The notes beneath the pieces were generated by a model. It saw nothing but the letters and a program-made list of their open reading frames with translations, was not told the DNA's origin and did not search any database. This document shows, in pieces, positions 1-9,642 of a stretch of DNA of 64,000 nt; the stretch's first letter is position 1; every line of letters begins with the position of its first letter. Both the position numbers and the translations under genes were made by a program. This DNA comes from a candidate division WOR-3 bacterium (lineage in GTDB: Bacteria > Hydrothermota > UBA3073): contig JAUWGP010000004.1 in assembly GCA_030606335.1 (NCBI GenBank), positions 10,091 through 74,090 on the forward strand, read 5' to 3'.

Positions 1-900
1 CAGATAGAGGGCAAGAATTTGGATAACAAGAGTGATTTATACTCACTTGGAATAGTCTTGCTTGAGCTTATTACGGGAAAGAAGGCATTTTGTGGTGGAA
101 GTTACGGAGAGGTTCTGAAAAAAGTGCTCACTTCTGAACCTGAGAATGCAGAAACCGCTCCAGAGGTAATCAGATTTCTTATAAATAAGGATAGAGATAG
201 AAGGGCAAGGAGTGCTGGTGAGGTTCTGGAGATGCTTGGAGAGAGGGCACAGCAAGAAGGAAGAATGAAAAGGATGCGAACTCCCTTAGTAATAGTGTCA
301 GGTTTGACTGCTGCGGTAATATTGTCTCTGGTGTATTTAAATTTTCACAATCAAAGATTGCAGGCCCCAGTTGACTATACCGATTTATTTATCTTTGCTC
401 CATTAGATTCTACTAAAGGAGAGGTAGAAGTAGTCCATAAAAAAGAAGAGGTTTCGGTGAACGAGACATCTGTTATTACTGATGCACCCCAGAGAAGGAA
501 TGTGTGGCTAAACGTCCTTCCATATGCAGAGATATACTATAAAGATAGGAAGATAGGAGAAACTCCACCACCCATTTTAACTCAGTTTGAAGAGGCATAT
601 CCCCTGTTATTTTTCAGGAACCCAGCATTTCCAGAGATAAAGAAAAAAATAGATGGTGATAGTGTTCTAATCAACCTGACAAGGGAGGTTTCGTATCTCC
701 GCCTGAGTGTACTTCCCTGGGCAGAGGTGTGGATCGATGGTGAACTAAAGGGTGTCACCCCACTTGATGAACCAATTACTATACTGCCAGGGCACCACGT
801 AGTAACACTGCATAATCCTTACTATAAGGATGAGAAAAAAGATATAACAGCAGAAAGGGGTGATACTGTCTCTATTATATTACAATTGAACAAGGAGTGA
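1..900 (+). CDS. Ser/Thr protein kinase, C-terminal part (5' end outside window), TM helix plus two PEGA-like domains
   Basis: Frame is open from nt 1. QIEGKNLDNKSDLYSLGIVLLELITGKKAF matches Hanks subdomains VIII/IX. Followed by a hydrophobic helix LVIVSGLTAAVILSLVYL and PEGA-type motifs LNVLPYAEIYYKDRKIGETP and LSVLPWAEVWIDGELKGVTPL. Confidence 0.8.
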   Translation, partial: QIEGKNLDNKSDLYSLGIVLLELITGKKAFCGGSYGEVLKKVLTSEPENAETAPEVIRFLINKDRDRRARSAGEVLEMLGERAQQEGRMKRMRTPLVIVSGLTAAVILSLVYLNFHNQRLQAPVDYTDLFIFAPLDSTKGEVEVVHKKEEVSVNETSVITDAPQRRNVWLNVLPYAEIYYKDRKIGETPPPILTQFEEAYPLLFFRNPAFPEIKKKIDGDSVLINLTREVSYLRLSVLPWAEVWIDGELKGVTPLDEPITILPGHHVVTLHNPYYKDEKKDITAERGDTVSIILQLNKE

Positions 901-1514
901 TTTTGTATCTTTTTTTACTCATACTCCTGTATCCTCTTGACTCTCTTTATGCGGCAGGTAATTACCTTGCTGTGATTGAAGAGGGTAATAGACTGTTTGA
1001 AGATACAACATTGACCTTAGAACAGAGGATAGACATACATAAAAAACTGGCTTCTTCCTATGTTGCTATAGGTAGTGAGAGACTTGCAAAGCTTGACTTT
1101 CTTGAAGCATTCTTCTTAGACCACGATTTGGAGCTAGACCCTCGTCTTACATCCCCTAAGGTTATGAGGGTATATATGGAGGCAAAATCGAGTTTTGCAT
1201 TTCCACCAACAAGAGTACCAAGACCTGAAAGGAGCCTTCCCTCCATATTGGTTCCAGGTATTGTACAGAGGAACGAAGGAAAAGCAAAACTGGGTAATAC
1301 GCTTCTTATCTCAGGTATTGTTTCAGTCGGTGGGATTATAACCTCCCACTATATGTATAACAGGACGCACAACCTCTATCTTGATGCAGGGAGCGAAGAA
1401 GAGATAGAGAGAAGATACAATGAATATAAGACCTGGTATAATTTTCGAGGATTCTTCATCTCTACAGGGGTCATAACCTACCTTGTCCATCTTTTTTCTC
1501 TTGCCAGTGATTGA
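897..1514 (+). CDS. hypothetical membrane protein (signal/TM at N-terminus, two C-terminal TM helices)
   Basis: ORF overlaps the kinase stop (GTG 897; TTG 903 is an alternative start after AAGGAG). No family recognised. Confidence 0.5.
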   Translation: MILYLFLLILLYPLDSLYAAGNYLAVIEEGNRLFEDTTLTLEQRIDIHKKLASSYVAIGSERLAKLDFLEAFFLDHDLELDPRLTSPKVMRVYMEAKSSFAFPPTRVPRPERSLPSILVPGIVQRNEGKAKLGNTLLISGIVSVGGIITSHYMYNRTHNLYLDAGSEEEIERRYNEYKTWYNFRGFFISTGVITYLVHLFSLASD

Positions 1515-1710
1515 CTGCAATTATTGCATAGATTTTGCAAAAATTGCACGGTCTTATTTACCCCCTATATTAGTTATTTATTGCTATTTCAGGATTAGCA
1601 AGTTCTGACACGGAATTTGCTCTTTAATTTGAGTGAGAAGGAATATTTAAGGGTGTTGTGCCACACATCACTTTGTGACATTTTTTTGTAACTGGAGGAA
1701 AGGAGGAGGT

Positions 1711-4380
1711 ATGAAGAGGATAGGCGTAATAGTGGGATGCATGGTACTGCTGACTGGAGTGATACGAGCAGACTGTGGAATAACTGGATTTGTAACAGAC
1801 GACTTGGGTTCTCCACTTCTTGGGGCTCTTGTCAGTGCACATTATACTCCCTTCGGTGGTTCTGTTGGTGAAGGTTACACGGATAGTACTGGAATATATA
1901 CAATATACCTGCTACCTGGTGTATACTATGCTTACTGTTTTAAGGATGGATATATACCCGAGTGGTGGGATGACCATGTTTCACCACAGGAGGCAGACCC
2001 AATATTTGTGGACTCGATGGGCGTGATTACATCCGATATTGATTTCGAGCTGTCCGAAGATAATCTAATATACGGCTATATAGAGGGAGCAGTCACTGAT
2101 GAAAGCTCCGGATATGTTATAAGTAGTGCCCTTATAACATTCTATATTCGGGGTTCTTACTTTCCTATCGCATCTACATTCTCAGATACTGATGGTTATT
2201 ATATTGACTCACTCCCGGTAAATGATGTCGGTTATCTGGTCAAGGCGGAAAAGGTAGGTTATGAAGAGGAATGGTATCTGGAATCGAGCACACAAGATAG
2301 TGCAACACTTGTGACTGTTGAGGAGGGAGAAACGACTTCAGATATTGACTTTACACTTATACCATCTACAGAAACAGGTTCCATAAATGGATATGTAATA
2401 TGTAATGATAGTCTCTTTTTAGATGCGGTCCTCTTCTTGTATACAGATTACTGGGGGATTCCAGTTGACACGACAGTAACAAACTATGGTTTTTATACCT
2501 TTGAGAATATCGAACCGGGAACCTATTATGTCTTCTGTGATGCCGGGAACAATGGCGAGATGTGGTGGGATAATGAGTCCAACCCTGAAGATGCTGACCC
2601 TATAGATGTATCCTGTGGAGAGACAGTCTGGGGAATAAATTTCTTCTTTGGAACACAGTCGGATGGTAGAACCGTTGCGGGATGGGTGTTTGATGAGGCA
2701 ACAGGCCTGGGTATTGGGGGTGCAGGTGTTATAATACATTCTGCCTTCCCACCAGGTGATTCCATAGGTGGGTATACAGACTTTTATGGAAGATACGTGA
2801 TAAATGATGTTCCAGCAGATAGTCTTTATGCTATTGCATGGGCAAGAGGTTATTTCTCTGAATGGTATTATGAATCAGATGGATTTGATGGTGCTACAGC
2901 CTTCATAGTGCCAGAGGGAGAGGTGGTTGATAATATTAACTTCACCCTTGCACCAGATACAATCTGGTTGCCTGGTTCAATATCAGGACAGGTAACGACC
3001 ACCGAGGGTATACCTATTTTAGATGCCTGGGTTACTGCCTATACAGGCGGCTATGTTGGAGGAATCTCGCAGGTAGATAGTGGTGGATTTTATATGATAG
3101 AGGATCTTTTACCGGATTCTTACTATGTGGTTGCCAGTGCTTTTGGTTTCTATGAAGAGTGGTATGAAGAATCACCTAATCCTCAAAGTGCAATACCTGT
3201 TGAGGTTACGGCTGGCGAGAACCACGGTGGTATTGATTTTACACTGGAGTCCATGGAAACGGGGACAGTCATAGGAAGAGTGATGGATACAGACTCTATT
3301 GGTATACCCAGAGCATACATATGGGCTGAAGGTATAGATAACTGGTCATGGGGTTATGCTGTGAGTGATGTAACTGGTGACTACATAATGGAGCTCGAAC
3401 CAGGTTTCTATTCAGTTTCTGCATATGCTGGTGGATATGAAATGGGAACATATCCTGAGCTTGTGGAGGTAATAGTAGACCAGATAACGCCAAATATTGA
3501 TATCGTGCTTGAAGAATATAATTATGAGGAAGGGACAATCTCTGGTCAGGTTTTAGAGGATACAACGTATTTAAATCCTATACAAGATGCACTGGTTATG
3601 ACATTTTCTATTGTTCCAAACAATATATTTTTTGGTTATGCATTTACTGACGAAAATGGGGAATACGTAATTGAGAATGTCCCTGCGGTGTACTGTGCAT
3701 GCTACTATGTAGTTGCCCTATCTGAAGGATATATACCCGAATTCTATGATAATGTATACACCTATGAAGAAGCGACATCTGTTGCCGCCTTTGCTGAGAA
3801 TATAGACTTCTCGCTTGGTTTGGGAGCAAGTGGTCCCAGGGGTATATCCGGAAGAGTCTTAGAGGGTAAGAGTGGGGTCTCAAATGCACTTGCCTTTGCA
3901 ATGGAGGGCTCAGAGGTAGTGGCGGCAGCGGTTACCCTTTCTGATGGGAGCTACAGGATTAGAGAGCTCCCGCCAAGTGTATACACAATAATGGTAACTG
4001 CGGTAGGTTATGAGACTACATCATTTCCATATCCTGTGGATGTTACAACAAACAATGTATCTGGAGTTGATGTTAATCTCGACCACCTTGGGGTTGAAGA
4101 GGAACACGATGTAGTATCAACCCTGATGCTTACGATGGCTCCAAATCCCACAAGGATGAAACCGACTATATCCTTCACCCTGCCAAAGGATTGTGAGGTC
4201 TCTCTCAGTTTGCATGACATATCAGGAAGAGTGGTAAAGGAAATAGCAAGTGGGTTTAGACATGCAGGTGTATATACAGGAGAGACTGTAGAAATAGAGA
4301 ATCTACCTGGAGGGATATATTTTGTAAGGCTTAAGGCAGGTAAGTCCACTCTTGTGAATAAGGTAGTTATTCTTAGATAG
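1711..4380 (+). CDS. large secreted protein with ~8-9 tandem carboxypeptidase-regulatory-like (CarboxypepD_reg) domains and a T9SS-type C-terminal sorting domain
   Basis: ATG 1711 follows GGAAAGGAGGAGG, with signal peptide MKRIGVIVGCMVLLTGV. A module GY..EWW/EWY...DIDF.L recurs through the protein. C-terminus NPTRMKPTISFTLPKDCEVSLSLHDISGRVV...GGIYFVRLKAGKSTLVNKVVILR is typical of a T9SS CTD. ORF track starts at 1675. Confidence 0.8.
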   Translation: MKRIGVIVGCMVLLTGVIRADCGITGFVTDDLGSPLLGALVSAHYTPFGGSVGEGYTDSTGIYTIYLLPGVYYAYCFKDGYIPEWWDDHVSPQEADPIFVDSMGVITSDIDFELSEDNLIYGYIEGAVTDESSGYVISSALITFYIRGSYFPIASTFSDTDGYYIDSLPVNDVGYLVKAEKVGYEEEWYLESSTQDSATLVTVEEGETTSDIDFTLIPSTETGSINGYVICNDSLFLDAVLFLYTDYWGIPVDTTVTNYGFYTFENIEPGTYYVFCDAGNNGEMWWDNESNPEDADPIDVSCGETVWGINFFFGTQSDGRTVAGWVFDEATGLGIGGAGVIIHSAFPPGDSIGGYTDFYGRYVINDVPADSLYAIAWARGYFSEWYYESDGFDGATAFIVPEGEVVDNINFTLAPDTIWLPGSISGQVTTTEGIPILDAWVTAYTGGYVGGISQVDSGGFYMIEDLLPDSYYVVASAFGFYEEWYEESPNPQSAIPVEVTAGENHGGIDFTLESMETGTVIGRVMDTDSIGIPRAYIWAEGIDNWSWGYAVSDVTGDYIMELEPGFYSVSAYAGGYEMGTYPELVEVIVDQITPNIDIVLEEYNYEEGTISGQVLEDTTYLNPIQDALVMTFSIVPNNIFFGYAFTDENGEYVIENVPAVYCACYYVVALSEGYIPEFYDNVYTYEEATSVAAFAENIDFSLGLGASGPRGISGRVLEGKSGVSNALAFAMEGSEVVAAAVTLSDGSYRIRELPPSVYTIMVTAVGYETTSFPYPVDVTTNNVSGVDVNLDHLGVEEEHDVVSTLMLTMAPNPTRMKPTISFTLPKDCEVSLSLHDISGRVVKEIASGFRHAGVYTGETVEIENLPGGIYFVRLKAGKSTLVNKVVILR

Positions 4381-4404
4381 TACTGTTGCAGTGGTAATGA
4401 TGCA

Positions 4405-4446
4405 GACGGGATGGGGGAAATATACCCCCGTCCCGTTTATTTAATT
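4405..4446 (+). terminator. rho-independent terminator after the T9SS cargo gene
   Basis: 12-bp stem GACGGGATGGGGG / CCCCCGTCCCGT with loop AAATATA, followed by TTATTTAATT. Confidence 0.6.
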
Positions 4447-4866
4447 ACCATAGACATAACAGCCACGAAGGCACCAAGACACAAAGTGATAGGTTATCGT
4501 TAATTGTTATCTGTTATTAGTTATTTTAATTCTAAAAACTGGGTGTCCTGGTGGTTAAAATAGTTTGCCACGAAGACACGAAGTATTGATAAATAGTAAA
4601 TGGTGAATTCCAAAGCGTATCAGGATACCAGGAAATCAGTAGGTAGAATATCAGATTATCAGTATATCAGAACCTGATGATCTGGTCTGCTGATGTCCTT
4701 CCCACCGATACACTGATTAGCTGATACACTGTGCTATATGAGGCTTATCAGGATATCAGCGAATCAGCAGGTAGAATATCAGATTATCAGTATATCAGAA
4801 CCTGATGCTCTGGTCTGCTGATGTCCTTCCCACTGATACACTGATTAGCTGATACACTGTGCCTTC
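4445..4866. repeat. left copy of a ~400-bp inverted repeat (contains two tandem ~125-bp ATCAG/CTGAT-rich units)
   Basis: Hand alignment to the reverse complement of 7457-7866 gives about 95 percent identity, with one ~12-nt indel near the outer end. Confidence 0.9.
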
Positions 4867-5007
4867 GTGTCTTAATGGTTAAAAGTTATTTAAATTGAAT
4901 AAAACTTGGTGCCTTAAAAACTGCAACAAGGCACAGCAAATAGGCTGAATTTTTGAATTTTACTTTTTGATATTTTATATTTGATTTTTTCTCTTATAGG
5001 GGAAGAT

Positions 5008-5577
5008 ATGGATTACTTCATACACAAAACCGCTGTAATAGATAAAGGAGCAACCATCGGGAAAGGAACGAAGATATGGCATTTTTCTCACATAATGGGT
5101 AAGGCAAGAATAGGTGATAATTGTGTTATAGGTCAGAACTGTTTCGTTGCAGATGGTGCTGTACTTGGAAACGTTGTCAAGCTTGAGAATAACGTATCAG
5201 TGTATACTTTTGTAACACTTGAGGATGGTGTATTTGTTGGACCCTCTGCGGTATTTACAAACGATATAAATCCAAGGTCTCTCTATCCTAAAGGAGGAAA
5301 ATGGATACCCACACTTGTCAAAAAAGGGTCAACCATTGGTGCAAACGCTACGATACGCTGTGGAATAACGATTGGTAGATGTGCACTTATTGGAGCAGGA
5401 GCTGTAGTGACAAAGGACATACCAGATTATGCTATTGTGGTTGGTGTTCCCGCAAAACAAATCGGTTGGGTATGTGAGTGTGGCAATAACCTTTCCTTTG
5501 AGAAGGAAAATACAATATGCAGCAAATGTGGAAGAAGATATACACTGAAACACGAGCTCTGCAGGCAAAATTCCTGA
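5008..5577 (+). CDS. left-handed beta-helix sugar N-acetyltransferase (WbpD/WlbB-like)
   Basis: Hexapeptide repeats [43 protein letters not shown]...[26 protein letters not shown] and a C-terminal Cys-rich tail. ATG 5008 follows GGGGAAG. Confidence 0.8.
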   Translation: MDYFIHKTAVIDKGATIGKGTKIWHFSHIMGKARIGDNCVIGQNCFVADGAVLGNVVKLENNVSVYTFVTLEDGVFVGPSAVFTNDINPRSLYPKGGKWIPTLVKKGSTIGANATIRCGITIGRCALIGAGAVVTKDIPDYAIVVGVPAKQIGWVCECGNNLSFEKENTICSKCGRRYTLKHELCRQNS

Positions 5578-5612
5578 TTTAATCGTCTATCTTTAAATTC
5601 TATTATGACGGT

Positions 5613-6200
5613 ATGAACATATACAATTTCCCTCATTTATACGAAATTGCATTTAGAACCATCCCGCCCTTATGTATATGGAGAAGGGAATGGGAAAGAG
5701 AGGTATATAGATTCTTGGTTTCTCTTCCCAACCCTCCCGCATCTATCGTTGATTTATGTTGTGGAACAGGCTTCCTCTTTCCAATGATAAAGAGAATCTA
5801 CCCAAACTCAAAGATGGTCGGAGTTGATATTAGTGAATCTATGATAAAATTTGCTCACAAACACTACCCATTCGTAGAATTCAGGTGTGCCAATATTACC
5901 TCAATTACTAACAAGTTTGAGGTTATTATTATGGGGGGAGGTTTAACAACCATCCCGATTAATGTTGCAATCGATTCGATTCAAAGAATTTCACCAAGAC
6001 ATTTTATACTTTCAGGATATAGATTATCCCTCTGGAGTCTAACACATAGTTTCTTCGTTAAGACAGTAATGGGAATAATATGTCACATTATTTCTCCTTC
6101 TAAGGCCATAGAGACCTTCAAATCAAGAGGGATGGATGTCTCGATAAGATCGATAGATAGGATAGAGGGAAGTTATGCAATATACAATGGAATACAGTGA
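5613..6200 (+). CDS. class I SAM-dependent methyltransferase
   Basis: Motif I IVDLCCGTGFLF, followed by MVGVDISESMIKFA. Confidence 0.6.
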   Translation: MNIYNFPHLYEIAFRTIPPLCIWRREWEREVYRFLVSLPNPPASIVDLCCGTGFLFPMIKRIYPNSKMVGVDISESMIKFAHKHYPFVEFRCANITSITNKFEVIIMGGGLTTIPINVAIDSIQRISPRHFILSGYRLSLWSLTHSFFVKTVMGIICHIISPSKAIETFKSRGMDVSIRSIDRIEGSYAIYNGIQ

Positions 6201-6392
6201 CCATGTTTATCCTGTAGAGGAATACTCTACGGGGTTATTGCTTACTTATTATGGAGTGCCCCGCCAAAGCGGGGTACTCCAAAAAGTTGTCATTGCGAGC
6301 GAATGAAATGAACGTGGCAATCTCATTCGTTTCTTTCGCACGACCCCGCCTTTGGCGTGGTGCCCCGAAACCTGCGGCTACCATTATTAATC
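6201..6392. repeat. mosaic palindromic repeat cluster (families B, C, A)
   Basis: Contains cctgtagaggaatactcta, the palindrome ggagtgccccgccaaagcggggtactcc, and gtcattgcgagcgaatgaaatgaacgtggcaatctcat. Confidence 0.85.
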
Positions 6393-6394
6393 TC

Positions 6395-7354
6395 TTAATC
6401 AATCCAGAATCTTTTTGCTATTGACCTAGCTGTATTTCCATACTCATCTTCTGTTACAATCCAATAATAATACTCTCCTTCTGAGAGAGTAATGTCAACA
6501 GATGATATAGTATCCTGGGTACTCTCCTCCCATAACACCTGTGGAGGCCATCCAACAAATATCTGAGCGAGATATGATATTGGATAAGTTATTCTCAACT
6601 TATGCCATAGAAGCTGAAGCCCTACCGCCGAGACTGTATCACCATCTTGAGGATAGATTGAGATAGGAAATTCAGAGAATATCCTTGCAAGATAAAATTC
6701 ACTGGATGTATTCTCTGCCTGTTTTTCATCAACTGCAGTAGCTATAAATGGTTTACCTATGAGTAGTTCCGGATTTCCATTGGGGCACTCATTCTCAGAT
6801 ATCCTGCATTCATACACCTGAGTAAGGGGATTGAAATCCATTTTTTTCTCAATATCACTGATGACCACACTTACAGAGTCTATATCCTGTGTGCCATCAG
6901 GGTCATCTACTTGAGCTGATACAACTATCTCTACAATACTTCCCATCCAGGTAGCCATTCGTCCTGATGTTGCCATCTGTTGAACAAAGAATGGAATGCC
7001 ATTTATATGAAATAAAACCTCCTTTTCCTCGCCAGCATTTATGGCAATCTCCTCATAGCACTCCGTATAGCCGTCCTTGGTTGCAATCACATCATAGCTC
7101 CCTTTATTAATGGAAAGGGTAAATCTACCATCTCCATCTGTAAATGTAGAGACAAAATACTGGGAGTCTATAGAATAAGCGGATACAGAAGCATTTTCTA
7201 TTGGATTGCCAACAAAGTTACCAACAGTTCCCTTCAATGTTGCCTCTCCAGTATAATGTGGAGACTTCGGGTCCAATGGATTATCTCTCTCTGGACTACA
7301 TGCGATTACAACGGTTAAAACAACCAGAAAAATATATTTTAGAATATACATCAT
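6395..7354 (-). CDS. lipoprotein with CarboxypepD_reg-like domain
   Basis: Lipobox signal MMYILKYIFLVVLTVVIAC, then GTVGNFVGNPIENASVSAYS...TDGDGRFTLSINKGSYDVIATKDGY. The ORF track extends to a GTG at 7447, which is less likely to be the start. Confidence 0.7.
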   Translation of the reverse strand: MMYILKYIFLVVLTVVIACSPERDNPLDPKSPHYTGEATLKGTVGNFVGNPIENASVSAYSIDSQYFVSTFTDGDGRFTLSINKGSYDVIATKDGYTECYEEIAINAGEEKEVLFHINGIPFFVQQMATSGRMATWMGSIVEIVVSAQVDDPDGTQDIDSVSVVISDIEKKMDFNPLTQVYECRISENECPNGNPELLIGKPFIATAVDEKQAENTSSEFYLARIFSEFPISIYPQDGDTVSAVGLQLLWHKLRITYPISYLAQIFVGWPPQVLWEESTQDTISSVDITLSEGEYYYWIVTEDEYGNTARSIAKRFWID

Positions 7355-7456
7355 AGTTTTAGTCAACTTACTATTATAATACAAAATTATTAAAATTACA
7401 AGAATAAAATTCAGGAAGCATATTATTTCTGTTAAAATAGTAGCCACTAAGGCAAG

Positions 7457-7866
7457 AAGGCACAGTGTATCAGCTAATCAGTGTATCAGTGGGAAGGACA
7501 TCAGCAGACCAGATCATCAGGTTCTGATATACTGATAATCTGATATTCTACCTGCTGATTCGCTGATATCCTGATACGCCTCATATAGCACAGTGTATCA
7601 GCTAATCAGTGTATCGGTGGGAAGGACATCAGCAGACCAGAGCATCAGGTTCTGATATACTGATAATCTGATATTCTACCTGCTGATTTCCTGGTATCCT
7701 GATACGCCTTGGAATTCGTCATTTACCGTTTGTCGATACTCAGTGTCTTCGTGGCAAACTCTTTTAACCACCAGGACACTAAGTTTTTAAAATTAAAATA
7801 ACTAATAACAGATAACAATTAACGATAACCTATCACTTTGTGTCTTGGTGGCAGTTATGTTGGTAA
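7457..7866. repeat. right copy of the ~400-bp inverted repeat
   Basis: Reverse complement aligns to 4445-4866. It ends directly at the stop codon of the UbiA-family gene. Confidence 0.9.
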
Positions 7867-8697
7867 CTAAACAGCTGCAAGTATCAGGGAGCATAATGCT
7901 CCCAGCATACATGTCTTTAATATTCTGCTTGTAAGGGTAAATGAAATCCTATCCCTTTTGATTAGAAATAAAAGGACAACCAATGGGATGTCGACAAGTA
8001 TAACAACCGAAATAAGATAAGGCAGTCCATATATACCTGCCAAATATGGAAATAGTGTATATAATATGAGAATAACGGTTAGTACATTCACAAGTCTCCG
8101 TGCCCTTTTAATTCCATATACAATGGGATATGTTTGTGCATAACCCCTGTCTCCGTCAATATCCTCTATATCCTTTATCAGTTCTCTTAAAAGGTGAAAT
8201 AGAAAGGCGAAGAAGAAGGGTATTATAGTTGGTGTTATAAACTCAGCAGCTATTCCTCCATATATGAATGGAAGACCGCCAAGAAATGCAACTGCAATAT
8301 TTCCTCGAAACCCTCTCCTTTTAAGAGAGAACGAGTAGAGTAAGAGAAGAACTGTTACGAGTATCGCCATCTCAATTAACCAGAAAGATACAAGACCTGC
8401 AATGGATACTCCAGCTATAAATAGAGCGATGGAGATGATTCCCGCAGCTTTTCCTGATAGCCTTCCAGATGGTATGGGTCTTTCTGGTTTGTTTATCCTG
8501 TCAATATCCTTATCAACCATATCATTTATAGAATTACCACCACCTGTTATCAGAAAACATGAGAGGGCTGCAAGCCAGACAGACTGTGTTAGACCGCATT
8601 TTGTCAGTACGGCTCCGATTATTACGGACACAGCAGCTATTATGCCATTTATAGGTCTTACAACTTCCAACCCCGCCTTTATTTTATCTCCAAACAT
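7867..8697 (-). CDS. UbiA-family prenyltransferase, DGGGP-synthase-like (geranylgeranylglycerol-phosphate geranylgeranyltransferase-like)
   Basis: Polytopic membrane protein. First Asp-rich motif NSINDMVDKDIDRINKPERPIPSG and second motif LIKDIEDIDGDR. The specific subfamily assignment is from memory of archaeal DGGGPS motifs. Confidence 0.75.
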   Translation of the reverse strand: MFGDKIKAGLEVVRPINGIIAAVSVIIGAVLTKCGLTQSVWLAALSCFLITGGGNSINDMVDKDIDRINKPERPIPSGRLSGKAAGIISIALFIAGVSIAGLVSFWLIEMAILVTVLLLLYSFSLKRRGFRGNIAVAFLGGLPFIYGGIAAEFITPTIIPFFFAFLFHLLRELIKDIEDIDGDRGYAQTYPIVYGIKRARRLVNVLTVILILYTLFPYLAGIYGLPYLISVVILVDIPLVVLLFLIKRDRISFTLTSRILKTCMLGALCSLILAAV

Positions 8698-8844
8698 AAT
8701 TAATTGACATTTAGTGAGTTATTATTTACTTTGGACATTATCCATTTGCTGTAATTATGATACCATATAAATAAAAGAATGTCAAGTTTAAATTATGACC
8801 CTAAAGTTACTCTTGCCTGCCAACAAGTATTTATAAGTTTTTTC

Positions 8845-8873
8845 TTGACTTTTTTTCAAAATTGAGATATAAT
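8845..8873 (+). promoter_or_regulatory. sigma70-type promoter TTGACT-17-TATAAT upstream of tsaB
   Basis: -35 at 8845-8850 and -10 at 8868-8873. The tsaB ATG at 8880 lies ~7 nt downstream of the -10, so the transcript may be leaderless. Confidence 0.55.
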
Positions 8874-8879
8874 GATATA

Positions 8880-9566
8880 ATGATATGTCTTGGCATAGAT
8901 ACATCAAGTTTTGCAATTGGTTTGGGTATAGTAAGTGATGAGGAAACGATTTATAACATATATTGCAACAAAGGTAGTCCATCTGCAGATAAAATTCATA
9001 CAATGATCCTTGGGGCTTTGAAAGATGTTGATTTGACATTTGAGGATATAGGGGTATTTGCCTGTACAATTGGACCAGGTTCCTTCACTGGTATAAGAGT
9101 AGGAATCGCAACTATAAAGGGGTTATCTTTTTCACTCAACAGACCAGTTTATGGTATTCCAACCTTTGACGCACTTGTTTGTAGGTTTTTAAACCATTTT
9201 GAGCAGATCGTTCCAATACTTGATGCAAAAAGAAATAACGTATATGCTGCGGTATATAAAAAGGGTAAACAGGTAGTTCCTACAGGAAAGATGAGAATAG
9301 ATTGTTTATTTGAGAAAATAGAAGGAGATGTTTTATTTTTAGGAGATGGAGTAAAATTATATAGGGATTTAATACTGAAGAGGTTTAAAAATAGAGCAAA
9401 TTTATTGACACCGAATATAAATTCACCCAGGGGAGAGGATGTTGCATATCAGGGGTTGCTTTCATACAGGGAAGGAAAGGCCTCTGACGAGACAATAGAA
9501 CCAATATACATAGACCCGCTAAAGATAAGAAAGAAGAGCAGACCATCAGGGAATCAGACTTTTTGA
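8880..9566 (+). CDS. tsaB: tRNA threonylcarbamoyladenosine biosynthesis protein TsaB
   Basis: MICLGIDTSSFAIGLGIV and CTIGPGSFTGIRVGIATIKGL. Confidence 0.85.
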   Translation: MICLGIDTSSFAIGLGIVSDEETIYNIYCNKGSPSADKIHTMILGALKDVDLTFEDIGVFACTIGPGSFTGIRVGIATIKGLSFSLNRPVYGIPTFDALVCRFLNHFEQIVPILDAKRNNVYAAVYKKGKQVVPTGKMRIDCLFEKIEGDVLFLGDGVKLYRDLILKRFKNRANLLTPNINSPRGEDVAYQGLLSYREGKASDETIEPIYIDPLKIRKKSRPSGNQTF

Positions 9567-9642
9567 TAGTAAGGTTGTAGTATAAATTTTAACAGCATTG
9601 GATTGCTTGGTAGTGTCAAATAGAATATGAAAGAATATGATA

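Noticed and set aside
4445-7866. Classical composite transposon or IS element interpretation of the inverted-repeat cassette
   Set aside because: No transposase, integrase or recombinase ORF lies inside or beside it. I could not find a flanking target-site duplication (left flank ...tttatttaa, right flank ctaaacag...). It is kept only as an inverted-repeat-bounded cassette.
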